Made by a program: the position numbers and the translations under genes. Positions 1 to 9,850 of a stretch of DNA of 64,000 bases are shown piece after piece (the stretch's first letter is position 1; every line of letters starts with the position of its first letter). This DNA comes from a bacterium (GTDB taxonomy: Bacteria > UBA8248): the NCBI GenBank assembly GCA_965204535.1, contig CBDBEV010000001.1, forward strand, positions 896,001-960,000, read 5' to 3'. Below the pieces are notes generated by a model that was not told the origin of the DNA, ran no database searches, and saw only the letters and a list, made by a program, of their open reading frames with translations.

Positions 1-71
1 TTGCGCTACCGAGAATGTGATGGAAGAAGCGATGGCCAGCAGTTCGCCCGGGCCGATCCGGTGGATCCAAC

Positions 72-812
72 TCATGGGCTGATTTGCTTTTGCGAAAGAT
101 GAACATCTCCGCCTTTGGATTTTCCCGGAATCTTGTCTTTATAGTAGGAACACATTCGTCTCATGTCGCAGTCGGCGCACTTGGGATTGCGGGCGGTGCA
201 AATGGTGCGGCCGAAACGCAGCATGTTCATGTGCAATTCGTGAGCGCGGCCTTTTGGTATGAGTGACGCCAGGGCCGCGTGAGATTTTTCAGGCGTGGTT
301 TTCTCGGGAATGATGCCCAGGCGGATCATGATCCGGTGAATGTGAACATCGATGGGGAACAAATCCCGGTTTGAAGCCAGCATCAGGGTGACATAAGCGG
401 TTTTGACGCCGATGCCTTTGTGTTGCGTAAGATACCGCACGGCGAAATCATCCGGTTCATGGTGTAGGAATTCCAGGCAGAGTTGCCCCCGGTCCTCACG
501 AAGCCATCTCAGAAAATCCCGTATTCTCCCCGCTTTTTGATTGCCCAGACCGGCCGAACGGATTGCCTGGGCGAGAGATTCTTGAGGGGCGTCGGCGATT
601 TCATCCCAGTTGGTAAAGGTTTTTTTCAAGGAATCGAACGCCATGTCGCGGTTATGATCGGTCGTGCTCTGTGAGAGCAGGGTTTCGACCAGGGAATCCA
701 GCAGGTTGCTTCGCTTTGTGCGCTTTGGCTTCCCGAAGCGCGACAATAGCCTATCCGTGAGTTTCAGGATTTTTCGTTTTCGGGTGGTTGATGAGGCGAC
801 TCTAATCGGCAT
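72..812 (-). CDS. nth: Endonuclease III-like HhH-GPD DNA glycosylase with 4Fe-4S motif
   Basis: LSQSTTD motif, HhH KGIGVKTA, PIDVHIHR, C-terminal CTARNPKCADCDMRRMC cluster. Start placed at internal Met (MPIRV); the ORF-track extension to 992 looks non-homologous. Confidence 0.8.
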   Translation of the reverse strand: MPIRVASSTTRKRKILKLTDRLLSRFGKPKRTKRSNLLDSLVETLLSQSTTDHNRDMAFDSLKKTFTNWDEIADAPQESLAQAIRSAGLGNQKAGRIRDFLRWLREDRGQLCLEFLHHEPDDFAVRYLTQHKGIGVKTAYVTLMLASNRDLFPIDVHIHRIMIRLGIIPEKTTPEKSHAALASLIPKGRAHELHMNMLRFGRTICTARNPKCADCDMRRMCSYYKDKIPGKSKGGDVHLSQKQISP

Positions 813-988
813 TCTATGTCCTGGTGCGATGCGCTGTTGATATATCGGGGCCGGGTGGCTTCTTTGAATTGTAAAATATAGAACCCGCATATGGTTTGGC
901 AATGTGATTCCAGAATGACGCATCATTGCCATAAGATGAGAAAAACCTGCACTTTCCTGAATGGAAACCAATCCTTTCGTGTTCAAGC

Positions 989-1765
989 TCACTGCTGGTT
1001 GATTTGCCGCTGAATCTCTCTATCCGTTTTTACCCCGGTGTCGGGTGGCGGGCGGAGCAAAGCTGAAAGCCGGGAGGTGTCGTTGAAGACTTCATCCGTT
1101 CTTTTGAGGCGCTCATATACTTTGATGACCCTTGAGATATACCGGCGCGTCTCCCGGAAGGGAGGAATCCCGTTATAGCGCTTGATGTTGGCGGGCCCCG
1201 CATTGTATGAGGCCAGCGTCATATGTAAATTCCAACCGTATAGCTCAAGTAAATATCGTAGATAACGCACGCCGCCCTCGATGTTTTCCCCGATGTCGAA
1301 AACATCGTTGAGGCCCAAATGTTTGGCGGTAATCGGGTTGATTTGCATCAGCCCTTTGGCCCCGTCTCGAGAAACGGCCTTTGGATCGAAGTTGCTTTCC
1401 ACTTCGATGACGGCCCGCACCAACAGGGGGTCGACCTCATAGAGTCTGGCGTAATGATGTATGTGCCAAAAAATCCCGGGTTTCCCTGCCGCGAAATTAC
1501 GACTCCTGGTCGCCTTCATTTGTTCATCGGGATGAATTTTTGGGGTGAGGAATGAAATTTTCTTTAACTGCATCAATTTCGTTATGGAGGGCAGCGGCTG
1601 CGCATGGAGCACCCATACGGCGGCAAGAGCGATTCCGGCCAGCGGGAGTCTCGAAAGAATCCACATGTATCTACTTTGCCCGAGGCGCAAATCTTTGAGT
1701 TCGAGTATCAGGAATAAAATGTAAATGGCGATCAGGACGCTGATGATGAGGTTCATGGGATTCAT
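989..1765 (-). CDS. Membrane-anchored lytic transglycosylase (SLT domain)
   Basis: VIEVESNF, GAKGLMQI and ASYNAG SLT motifs after N-terminal hydrophobic segments. Confidence 0.9.
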   Translation of the reverse strand: MNPMNLIISVLIAIYILFLILELKDLRLGQSRYMWILSRLPLAGIALAAVWVLHAQPLPSITKLMQLKKISFLTPKIHPDEQMKATRSRNFAAGKPGIFWHIHHYARLYEVDPLLVRAVIEVESNFDPKAVSRDGAKGLMQINPITAKHLGLNDVFDIGENIEGGVRYLRYLLELYGWNLHMTLASYNAGPANIKRYNGIPPFRETRRYISRVIKVYERLKRTDEVFNDTSRLSALLRPPPDTGVKTDREIQRQINQQ

Positions 1766-1967
1766 TCCGGGGAAAGTATTGGAACTGGTTCGGGCGGAGC
1801 GTCTATCCATTCAGACTCGAACAGAACCGCGAGATCAAAGAGCAAGAACAGACACTTGCGCGAAACCGGGATATTTTGGCGGACTTGGGTTGGCGCCATC
1901 GTGCGCCGCTGTTCCCTGACCAAAAGATAGAAAACCATCATCGAATGCGCAAGCGGCGGTTGGTGAA

Positions 1968-2603
1968 TTATATCAGATCCAGGATGTCCTCCAGTTTTTC
2001 CAAATACTTATCCGGGTTTAATTTTAGTATCTCGTCATGACGGGAGTATTTCCCCTTGATGATCCATGCAGGGATGGATGCGTTTCTGGCGGCTTGCAAG
2101 TCCGTCGTCGTATCCCCGACCATGACGACTTCTTCCGGTTTCGCGTTAAGCGATTCGATGGCGGCGAACAGCATTTCCGGGGCCGGTTTCGGCGCATATC
2201 CCTGACGGTGACCGAATACCGCGTGCATGTAGGGCAAGAGCCCGACGTGCGCCAATTGCTCCTTGCAGAAGAACCAGGCCTTGTTCGAAACGCAGACCAT
2301 CTGAATACCTCGCTGGGAGAGGGTTTCGAGTGTTTTTTTCACGCCGGGAATGATGTGGGTGCCTGCGGCATTATGAATCTTGTAATGGGAGCGGTAGATG
2401 CGCACCGCCTCTTCGGCCATGTCTTCGCCCCACAGTTGGGTGAATCTTTCCTCGAGCGTAGGGCCGATGGATGCGAGAATTTCCGCATCGCTCATTTCGG
2501 GCACACCCAGATCACGGCACATGAGGCGCATGCACTTGGCGATGCCGTCGTAGCTGTCGACAAGCGTGCCGTCGTGGTCTAAAAGAAGCGCGCGTATGCT
2601 CAT
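1968..2603 (-). CDS. HAD-family hydrolase (phosphoglycolate phosphatase-like)
   Basis: DHDGTLVDS motif I, VSNK, PKPAPE, VGDTTTD. Confidence 0.9.
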   Translation of the reverse strand: MSIRALLLDHDGTLVDSYDGIAKCMRLMCRDLGVPEMSDAEILASIGPTLEERFTQLWGEDMAEEAVRIYRSHYKIHNAAGTHIIPGVKKTLETLSQRGIQMVCVSNKAWFFCKEQLAHVGLLPYMHAVFGHRQGYAPKPAPEMLFAAIESLNAKPEEVVMVGDTTTDLQAARNASIPAWIIKGKYSRHDEILKLNPDKYLEKLEDILDLI

Positions 2604-2678
2604 ATGGTGCTTTCCATCCGTTTATGGACAACCATGTTATGATTCAAGTCGGAAACGAAACGGGCAAACCATAACATC

Positions 2679-3833
2679 ATGAGCCTGTCCATGAAAAATG
2701 ACTCGCTGTCGAAAATCGCAACCGGCCGGGGGGAGCGACCGCTGTCCTCTGGGCCTGTCGGGCTCCTTGGCATGGATGAGGAGGAACTCGTTTCTTTTTG
2801 CGGGGAGATGGGGGAACCCCCCTACAGGGGCAGGCAGATATTCTCATGGCTGTATGCTCACGGGGTGAGCGAATTTTCCCAGATGACGAATATCCCCAAG
2901 GGTTTTCGGGCGAAGCTCGGGGAAGCGGCTCGCTTGGAGGCTCTCGAACTCGACCGGGAGAGCAAGAGCGTGGACGGCACGGAAAAATATTTGTGGCGGC
3001 TTCGTGACGGCGCGCGGGTCGAGAGCGTCCGGATACCCATGCGAAACGTAAACGGCGTCATGCGGTGGTCTCTTTGCGTCTCCACGCAGGTCGGATGTGC
3101 GATGGGGTGCGCATTTTGTCTGACGGCGAAGATGGGTTTCGTCAGGCAGTTGACGGCCGGTGAGATCGTCGGTCAATTCCTCGCCGCGCGAAGCCTCCTC
3201 GCCCCGGGGGAGCGTTTGCACAACGTCGTGTTCATGGGAATGGGGGAGCCGCTCGATAATTTCGACGCCACCGTAAAGGCCGTGAAGATTCTCACGCACC
3301 CGCAGGCGAACGGCGTCAGCCCCCGGAGGCTTACCGTATCGACGGTGGGGGTCGTCTCGAGGCTGAAACGTTTCGTCTCCGCCGTTCCGGGCGTGGGTCT
3401 GGCCGTATCGCTGCATGCGGCGGACGATGAAACCAGAGCGAAACTCGTGCCGGTGAACCGCAAGTGGAATCTGGGGGCGCTGCTCGATGAATGCCGGGAG
3501 TTGCCGCTCGGCGAGCGCCGCCGCATCACCTTTGAATACGTCATGCTCCGGGGGGTGAACGACTCTGGGCAGGACGCGAAGAAGCTCTCGAGGCTCCTGG
3601 AGGGGCTGAAATGCAAGGTGAATCTCATTCCCTGGAATCCGTTCCCGGGAACTCCCTTCGAGCGGCCGGGCGATGGGCGCGTCGAGGAATTCCGCCGCAT
3701 CCTCCTGGCGGCGGGCGTGGTGGCCACCACGCGCACGGCCAAGGGGAGCGACATTCTCGCGGCGTGCGGACAGTTGGCCGACGCGCGCCGCTTGTCCGAC
3801 CGAAGCGCCTTGAAACAACTTAATTCCATATAA
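2679..3833 (+). CDS. rlmN: 23S rRNA m2A2503 / tRNA radical-SAM methyltransferase RlmN
   Basis: CVSTQVGCAMGCAFC, FMGMGEP, EYVML, DILAACGQL. Confidence 0.95.
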   Translation: MSLSMKNDSLSKIATGRGERPLSSGPVGLLGMDEEELVSFCGEMGEPPYRGRQIFSWLYAHGVSEFSQMTNIPKGFRAKLGEAARLEALELDRESKSVDGTEKYLWRLRDGARVESVRIPMRNVNGVMRWSLCVSTQVGCAMGCAFCLTAKMGFVRQLTAGEIVGQFLAARSLLAPGERLHNVVFMGMGEPLDNFDATVKAVKILTHPQANGVSPRRLTVSTVGVVSRLKRFVSAVPGVGLAVSLHAADDETRAKLVPVNRKWNLGALLDECRELPLGERRRITFEYVMLRGVNDSGQDAKKLSRLLEGLKCKVNLIPWNPFPGTPFERPGDGRVEEFRRILLAAGVVATTRTAKGSDILAACGQLADARRLSDRSALKQLNSI

Positions 3834-3854
3834 AACAATAACTTGGTATTTCAG

Positions 3855-3905
3855 GAATTTACCGAAAAACCTCGTGAATTTACCGGTATTTATCGTATTT
3901 TTCAG
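3855..3905. promoter_or_regulatory. AT-rich 51-bp element with phased ATTTAYC repeats (copy 1; copy 2 at 59439-59489)
   Basis: Ungapped 42/51 identity to 59439-59489, counted by hand; intergenic, upstream of the 4051 gene. Confidence 0.6.
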
Positions 3906-4050
3906 GATTGATTTCCGGGAGAATGAGGTGCGGGAGGCGCTCCTTGCCTTTGCGCCCGGTATGTTGGTATACCACTTGCCAGAGAGACACAGGCACGATA
4001 AATGCGGGCAATTGCGCGCGCCCCCGGCGTAGCACGATGGATGCACCGAA

Positions 4051-4821
4051 ATGGCGGATGAAAATCCGGAAACGGCGGACCTCCTCAAAGAGCTCTCCAG
4101 CGGCATCTCTTCGATTCTCAAGAGCCAGGAAGAACTCTCGGATAAACTGGATGCGCTCGAAGCGCGCGTCCGGCGCCTGGAAGAACGAACCCGCTCCGCA
4201 GAATCCGCCCCCGCGGCGGGTGTCGGCGAGGAGGACGAGTACGACTACCATGTCCTCCTCCACTCCCGCTTGTATACGATAGGAGACGTCGAAGGCCGCA
4301 CCGCGCGCATGGAGAGCGTGCGCCGCTGCCTGGCCCAGCGGGATCTGTCCCGCGTGAGGACGCGCTATCACACCGGCAGCGGCGACAGGGAGGTGGCCTA
4401 TTCCTACCGTCTTGCCGGAGATGGCGCCGCCGAAGCCCCCTGGACGCCCCTGGAATACCGGATAGAAAAGGGTGCGGGGGCAGATTATTCCGCGCATTTG
4501 CCCCTGCCCGGGCCGATTCGCGCGGGCGCGCGCTTCGAGCTTCGCCACGAGATCGTTCTGCACGATTCGTTCACGACGCGAAACGAGTGGGTCACTCTCG
4601 TGGTGGAATACCCCACCGACGAGTTTCACCTGGAGGTGCTCATCCCCCCCGGCCGCAAGCTGGTGGGCGCGCGGCGCGAGGAGTCCCAGGGGGCGTCGAA
4701 CAGCTTCAACAAACGCCGCGTCTATCCCCGCCTTCTGAACGAAACCGGCCAGACCCGCCTGGAGTGGCGCGAAACCGGACCCGTCACCGGCAGGGCCTAT
4801 ACGCTTTTCTGGGATTGGTAG
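4051..4821 (+). CDS. Hypothetical protein (N-terminal coiled coil, beta-rich C-terminal domain ending PxxGxxYxLxWxW)
   Basis: 256-aa ORF with host-like codon usage; its 3' end is duplicated with only synonymous changes, which supports coding. Confidence 0.75.
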   Translation: MADENPETADLLKELSSGISSILKSQEELSDKLDALEARVRRLEERTRSAESAPAAGVGEEDEYDYHVLLHSRLYTIGDVEGRTARMESVRRCLAQRDLSRVRTRYHTGSGDREVAYSYRLAGDGAAEAPWTPLEYRIEKGAGADYSAHLPLPGPIRAGARFELRHEIVLHDSFTTRNEWVTLVVEYPTDEFHLEVLIPPGRKLVGARREESQGASNSFNKRRVYPRLLNETGQTRLEWRETGPVTGRAYTLFWDW

Positions 4822-4827
4822 GGGAGG
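4736..4827 (+). repeat. Direct repeat copy 1 (3' end of the 4051-4821 gene)
   Basis: TGAACGAAACCGGCCAGACCCGCCTGGA...TGGGATTGGTAGGGGAGG recurs at 7103-7195. Confidence 0.95.
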
Positions 4828-5173
4828 CCGAGCGGCAGGTTTTTCGCCGTCCTTTTGCGGCGGTAGAGTCAATCGTATATACTGATGGCCATATAACTCT
4901 CTGGGGACCCGCCCGCTGAATCGACACTGTCCGCCTTGACGCATGGCGCGAATGCCCGAGACCCCATTCGGGCGCAGACGAGTCGATTCTGTCTTTTCTC
5001 GAACGCCTGTATCGTTGTGGTTGCGATCGGATGAGCGGAAAACTGCTGAGTGGATATGTAACTGAACTCTCGGATCCTCGTAACGAAGATTCGATGGACG
5101 TCGCATCCCGGTGGACGGGAGTCGTACTCGATATGGTCGTGCAATAACCAGGATACGGAAATTTGGTGATCCC

Positions 5174-6493
5174 GTGACGACTTTAGACGTCAAAACTCAT
5201 AACGGAAGCGTTTTTCGGGACCCGGCGTTCATGTCGAACCGGGATGTTCCGATCCACCGCTGGATTCCCTGGATCGCGGGATACTCCAAGCACTTTGTCG
5301 AGGATGCGCTCACGCGCTACACTTCGGGTCCCAGCGTCGTCCTCGATCCGTTTGCCGGCGTCGGGACGACCCTCGTCGAGGCCGATCTGGCTGGGCATGA
5401 GGCTGTCGGCTTTGAGATAAATCCCTACGCTGCATTCGCGGCGCAAGCGAAGTTGAAGGCTCACAGGCTCGACCCGGATTACCTCCGAAGCACCGTCAGT
5501 CGCTTCACGACGTTCATGGAAGAGGGCGTGCGGAGCGGGAGGAAGCCACAGACGAACCCTCCGGCCGCTTTCCGCACGCGCGCGCCTTTTTACAGTCCCA
5601 AGGTCGAGCAAAAGGTTTTGACGGCGCTGGACTTCATTGTCGGCGAGGAGGCGCGAATCGGCGATATCTATCGTTTGGCGTTTGCAGCGACGATGGTCAG
5701 CTACTCGAACTACTCTTACGAACCGAGCCTGGGTCGCAAGGCCGCCGTCGGAAGACCCGACGTAGAAGACCACGACGTAGCCGGGGCGATGGGAGACAAG
5801 GTGCTCCAAATGGTGGAAGACGCTATTTGGTATCGAGAGATCCGCGATACGCGAGAACGCGAGGACGGACGAATTATCGAGAAGTCGTTCTTCGATGGTT
5901 ATACGAATCTCGAAGCCGGGAGCGTAGACCTCCTCGTTACCTCCCCGCCATACTTGAACAACTACCACTACAACCGGAATACCCGTCCACATCTGTACTG
6001 GCTGGGTTTTTGTTCATCCCCGCGCGACATGAAACATCTGGAAGAACTCAACTTCGGTACCTACTGGCAGAACGCGCGCGATCAAGAGCACGTCGCGCTC
6101 GATTCGTCCATTGAGGACGAAGAAATTCGGCAGGCGCTCGCCGAAGTGCGGAGTCGGAATCCCGACAAGGGAATTTATGGAGGCAGCGGTTGGGCCAATT
6201 ATGCGGCGCGTTATTTCAACGACTGCGCGCGTTTCGCCGACGGGGCGGCCTGGTGCCTGCGGCCCGGCGCGACCGCCCTGGTGGTGATCGGCAATTCCAT
6301 CCTGCAGGGCGTTCCGATCCCGACGGATCAATTCCTTGCCAGAATCGCGGAATCGCGCGGCTTCGAGATTGTGGACATCCATGTTCCCCGACAAGCGAGG
6401 GTCGGCAACAGCATCATCAACTCGAGCGTCCGCGCCGGGAAGACGAACGGCCGCGCGCTTTACGAGTCCATCGTGGAGTTGAGGCGCGCGTAA
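5174..6493 (+). CDS. Amino (probably N4-cytosine) DNA methyltransferase
   Basis: DPFAGVGTT SAM-binding motif precedes catalytic TSPPY; HRW near N-terminus. Start uncertain (5111 or 5174). Confidence 0.88.
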   Translation: MTTLDVKTHNGSVFRDPAFMSNRDVPIHRWIPWIAGYSKHFVEDALTRYTSGPSVVLDPFAGVGTTLVEADLAGHEAVGFEINPYAAFAAQAKLKAHRLDPDYLRSTVSRFTTFMEEGVRSGRKPQTNPPAAFRTRAPFYSPKVEQKVLTALDFIVGEEARIGDIYRLAFAATMVSYSNYSYEPSLGRKAAVGRPDVEDHDVAGAMGDKVLQMVEDAIWYREIRDTREREDGRIIEKSFFDGYTNLEAGSVDLLVTSPPYLNNYHYNRNTRPHLYWLGFCSSPRDMKHLEELNFGTYWQNARDQEHVALDSSIEDEEIRQALAEVRSRNPDKGIYGGSGWANYAARYFNDCARFADGAAWCLRPGATALVVIGNSILQGVPIPTDQFLARIAESRGFEIVDIHVPRQARVGNSIINSSVRAGKTNGRALYESIVELRRA

Positions 6494-7074
6494 TGCCGGA
6501 GCTTTGGGATCCGCTTACTTACGACAATCTCATGGCCGGTACCGTCGCGCACTTTGAAACACAAGAGCGAATATCATTAGACGATCTCGCGGGAGTCCAA
6601 GGGCCGGGCATCTACGCGCTCTATTATGAAGGCGCGATGGCCGAGTACCGGCCCATTGCGGATGGGAGGCGGCCCATCTACGCCGGCAAGGCGATTCCCA
6701 AGGGTTCGAGAACAGGTGGCGAACCGGACCTTGAGCATCCGGCTTTGCGGAGCAGGATTCGCCAACATGCACGCTCCATCGATCAAGTGGATAATCTCTC
6801 GCTCGAAGATTTCACGTGTCGGATACTGGCGATCGTTCCCGTCTGGATCGTTTTCGCCGAGCAGGCGCTCATCAAGCGGTACAGGCCCGTATGGAACAGT
6901 TGCCTGGACGGATTCGGAAAGCACGATCAAGGCAAAATGCGAAGTGCGACGGAACGAAGCTGGTGGGATACCCTTCATCCCGGAAGGCCCTGGACGGCCG
7001 GGGAAACACAGGTCAAGACGGTCGCCGAAGCGAGCTTGCGGGTCAGGGATTTTTTGAAAGAGGTGGATGGGTAG
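6493..7074 (+). CDS. Eco29kI/Cfr42I-family GIY-YIG type II restriction endonuclease
   Basis: GIYALYY...PIYAGKA, PVWN..DGFG.HD.G, WDTLHPGRPW; TAATG overlap with the MTase stop. Confidence 0.88.
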   Translation: MPELWDPLTYDNLMAGTVAHFETQERISLDDLAGVQGPGIYALYYEGAMAEYRPIADGRRPIYAGKAIPKGSRTGGEPDLEHPALRSRIRQHARSIDQVDNLSLEDFTCRILAIVPVWIVFAEQALIKRYRPVWNSCLDGFGKHDQGKMRSATERSWWDTLHPGRPWTAGETQVKTVAEASLRVRDFLKEVDG

Positions 7075-7102
7075 ACGCCCGCCCTGCGCCATCTCTGTTT
7101 TT

Positions 7103-7195
7103 TGAACGAAACCGGCCAGACCCGCCTGGAATGGCGCGAAACCGGACCCGTCACCGGACGGGCGTATACGCTGTTCTGGGATTGGTAGGGGGAGG
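7103..7195 (+). repeat. Direct repeat copy 2 (orphan 3' fragment of the 4051 gene)
   Basis: Encodes NETGQTRLEWRETGPVTGRAYTLFWDW*, same protein sequence as copy 1. Confidence 0.95.
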
Positions 7196-7320
7196 TATTT
7201 CGGGGCAATCCATTTTGTCTGTAGATGAGCTTGTTGCAAAAATTCAAATTTTACATGTAATCTCATTGACAAGGCGTTGTTTGTTTTCGAAAAAGACCTG
7301 TCTTATGGAGGGTCTCGGTC

Positions 7321-7560
7321 ATGCAAGTGTTGGACAGGCAGATCGCGTATTTTCAGCAGCACCAGACGGAACTTGCCGAGGAGCATCACGGCGAATTCGT
7401 GTTGATACACGATGAGTCGATAGAGGGTTTCTACGAATCGGAACTGGATGCTTACACCGCCGCCAAGCGCCGCTACGACGCCGGCGCGTTTCTTATCCGG
7501 CAATGCCTTAGACCCGAAGAAGAGACGACCCAAACGTTTCATTCCCGGATAGCGATATAA
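7321..7560 (+). CDS. Small acidic protein, DUF5678-like
   Basis: GGAGG RBS; ELAEEHHGEFVLIHDESIEG pattern; directly upstream of a retropepsin. Confidence 0.6.
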   Translation: MQVLDRQIAYFQQHQTELAEEHHGEFVLIHDESIEGFYESELDAYTAAKRRYDAGAFLIRQCLRPEEETTQTFHSRIAI

Positions 7561-7573
7561 CGGGTTTCATTTC

Positions 7574-8101
7574 TTGGCGCGCGATAACCTCCCGCGGGCA
7601 TTCACGCTGCAATTTAACGGCAGGACCAGGGTTCTCAGAGACGATGATGTCGGAGTGAGCGAAGCATATGATCCCGCCTCTGGCGAACCCAAACCTTCGG
7701 CTATCAGGGTCAATGCCGTTTGGGACACGGGCGCTACAAGCTCGGTAATAAACAAGGAAGTGGTTTCAGCCTTGGGTCTTCAGCCCATCGACAAGCAGAA
7801 AATCTATACGGCGAACGGGGAGCGGATCGCCGATGTGTATTTGGTGAACATCCATCTCGCCAACGGTGTGATCTTTCCCGGATTACGGGTCTCTGATGGC
7901 GACATATTGGGTTCTTCCGTCTTGATAGGAATGGACATCATCGGGAGGGGCGACTTCGCGGTTACAAATCATCAGAAAAAGACCTGCATGAGCTTCCAAG
8001 TGCCATCCAGTCGAAGGATCGATTTTGTCAGGGAGCTTGAACTTAAAAAGAAGGCGAGAGAGAAAAGACGTTCAAGGAAATCACGTAAAAAAAGAAGGTA
8101 A
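7574..8101 (+). CDS. Retropepsin-like (clan AA) aspartic protease with basic C-terminal tail
   Basis: WDTGATSS catalytic motif, TANG flap, LIGMDI. Confidence 0.85.
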   Translation: MARDNLPRAFTLQFNGRTRVLRDDDVGVSEAYDPASGEPKPSAIRVNAVWDTGATSSVINKEVVSALGLQPIDKQKIYTANGERIADVYLVNIHLANGVIFPGLRVSDGDILGSSVLIGMDIIGRGDFAVTNHQKKTCMSFQVPSSRRIDFVRELELKKKAREKRRSRKSRKKRR

Positions 8102-8834
8102 CGAACTCGGCAGGCCACGTACTTCATGGTTCTCAAACATGTATTCACAAATTCGATAAGCTTGCAAACTACTGAATATATTTATTTTACTTGAGAAAGG
8201 AATTTAGTGAAGAATGGTTGTCAACACTATCGCAACACGACTACCCGATCGCGAACACGGCATTGCATCCCTGCGCTGGGGAGAGCATGGCGATGATATT
8301 CCGATTCGCCGGAGGGTTCAAGCTCCGCAATCCGTTTGCTCATAGGGATGATTTTTCCATGAATCGGGGCGGCAGCCGTCATGGCCACGGACGCCGCTCT
8401 TCACCACCCGATGAAACTCTCAGGCCAGATGGACAGGCAAATCCGGGCATCCGTTCAGTGTCCGTCTTCATTGATCCCCGCCCGCCGGCGCCGGGATGGA
8501 GCGGGGTGGAACCAGGTCAGGGGGAGTTCATTTCCCGGGCTCGAATCAGGCGGTGCTCCCCATGATGATCCTGTTGCGCTTCGTGAAGTAAAGCGGCGTC
8601 CACCCGCTCCGGTCTCTCGCCTCAGTATTGGCTCGGGCAGATGAGCGCGGTTACGACAGCGGGATTGTCGTTCAAGCTAACCGCCGCGTGAGGCGGCGTC
8701 ATTCCGCTCACGTCACGCGCCCGGACAAGTCAAAACGGCCCGCAAGGCTGGAGCCTCGCCTGTACCCGGCGCAGCGTCATTCGGAAAACCGTACGTCGTG
8801 AGGCCGTTATCGGGAATGTTCCATAGGCAGAGAT

Positions 8835-9500
8835 CTAGAAGCTGTATCTCACTGAAACGACGGCTCTGGTTCCCCTGGATGCGATGAGGTTCACGCCCCC
8901 GAGGCTCACAACCGCGTCTTCATAATTGAGGCCGAAGTTCGTGGACAATCCCCGCGCCAGGTCGTATTGAACGCCCAGGGCGGCGGAAGTCTTTTCCATG
9001 CCTTCGACCTTGCCGTAATGGCCCTCGAGGGAGAAGCTCACGACACCGATTTTGATGCGAACGCCCGATGAGACGTACCATTGCTCGAGCTCCAGGCCGG
9101 GGGACGAGAGGGTTTCATGGCCTACACCGAGATCGAACAATGCGCTGCCGTAGATGAGTTCGCCCACGCCGCTCACGGCCCTGGCGTCGAACCGTCTCAG
9201 CCCGTCTGCGGAGGTGAACGCGCCCCGGGTATACCGCGCGGTCAGGCGATAGTCCTTCTCGCCGATGGGGCGCTGGTACGCCGCGCCCAGGTCGAAATCC
9301 CCCTCCTCGTCCACCACCGCGCTGAGGACCCAGGGACCCATGCGAACCAGATAGCCGCCGCCCCAGTCCGCGAGCGAGCCGAATACGTCGTCGAAAGACA
9401 GGGAAGCCGCTCCCGCCCCGCGCGCGCGCCGTGTCTGATCGCGAACGAGTTCGGAGACGTTCCCGGCCACCGCCGCGCGGACCCTCGAAACTGAGGACGG
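8835..9500 (-). pseudogene. C-terminal fragment of an outer-membrane beta-barrel/porin
   Basis: Alternating amphipathic strands ending VVSVRYSF; no signal peptide, and the 5' part is replaced by unrelated sequence. Confidence 0.55.
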
Positions 9501-9589
9501 GACCGCGAGCGAGACGCTCCAGCGCTTCCTCGCGCGAAACGCCGGGCGGACCTCACCGCCCGTAGCGCAGCCTCGCCATCGCGGCCACG

Positions 9590-9746
9590 GCCGCCGAGTG
9601 CCCCCCTCGTAGAGATCCCCTGGGTACGCCGCTATCCCGGCGTCGGTCTCGGGGTTTCCAGAGCGCTCGAACCTCCGCAGGGCCGTCTCGTACGCCCGCC
9701 GCGTGTTCTCAGACATCGACGCCTTCGCCAGATCGGCGGGCCGCAC
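9590..9746 (-). pseudogene. N-terminal remnant of a tyrosine recombinase (SAM-like core-binding domain)
   Basis: ASMSENTRRAYETALRRF...IAAY pattern, then the frame degenerates. Confidence 0.5.
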
Positions 9747-9759
9747 GGACCGGTCGGGC

Positions 9760-9850
9760 CGGCCTCCTCCTTCGCCGGGAGGGTGAAGGTGAAGCGCGCG
9801 CCGGGGCCTGCTCCCGTGCTCTCGGCCCGGATGCGCCCCGCCTCATCGCT
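9760..9850 (-). pseudogene. Histidine kinase HATPase C-terminal remnant
   Basis: GRIRAESTGAGPGARFTFTLP G2-box tail with no upstream domain. Confidence 0.55.

Noticed and set aside
8380-8600. Possible IS4-type transposase trace (EFHRVVKSG on the minus strand)
   Set aside because: Single short motif with no supporting frame or IRs.
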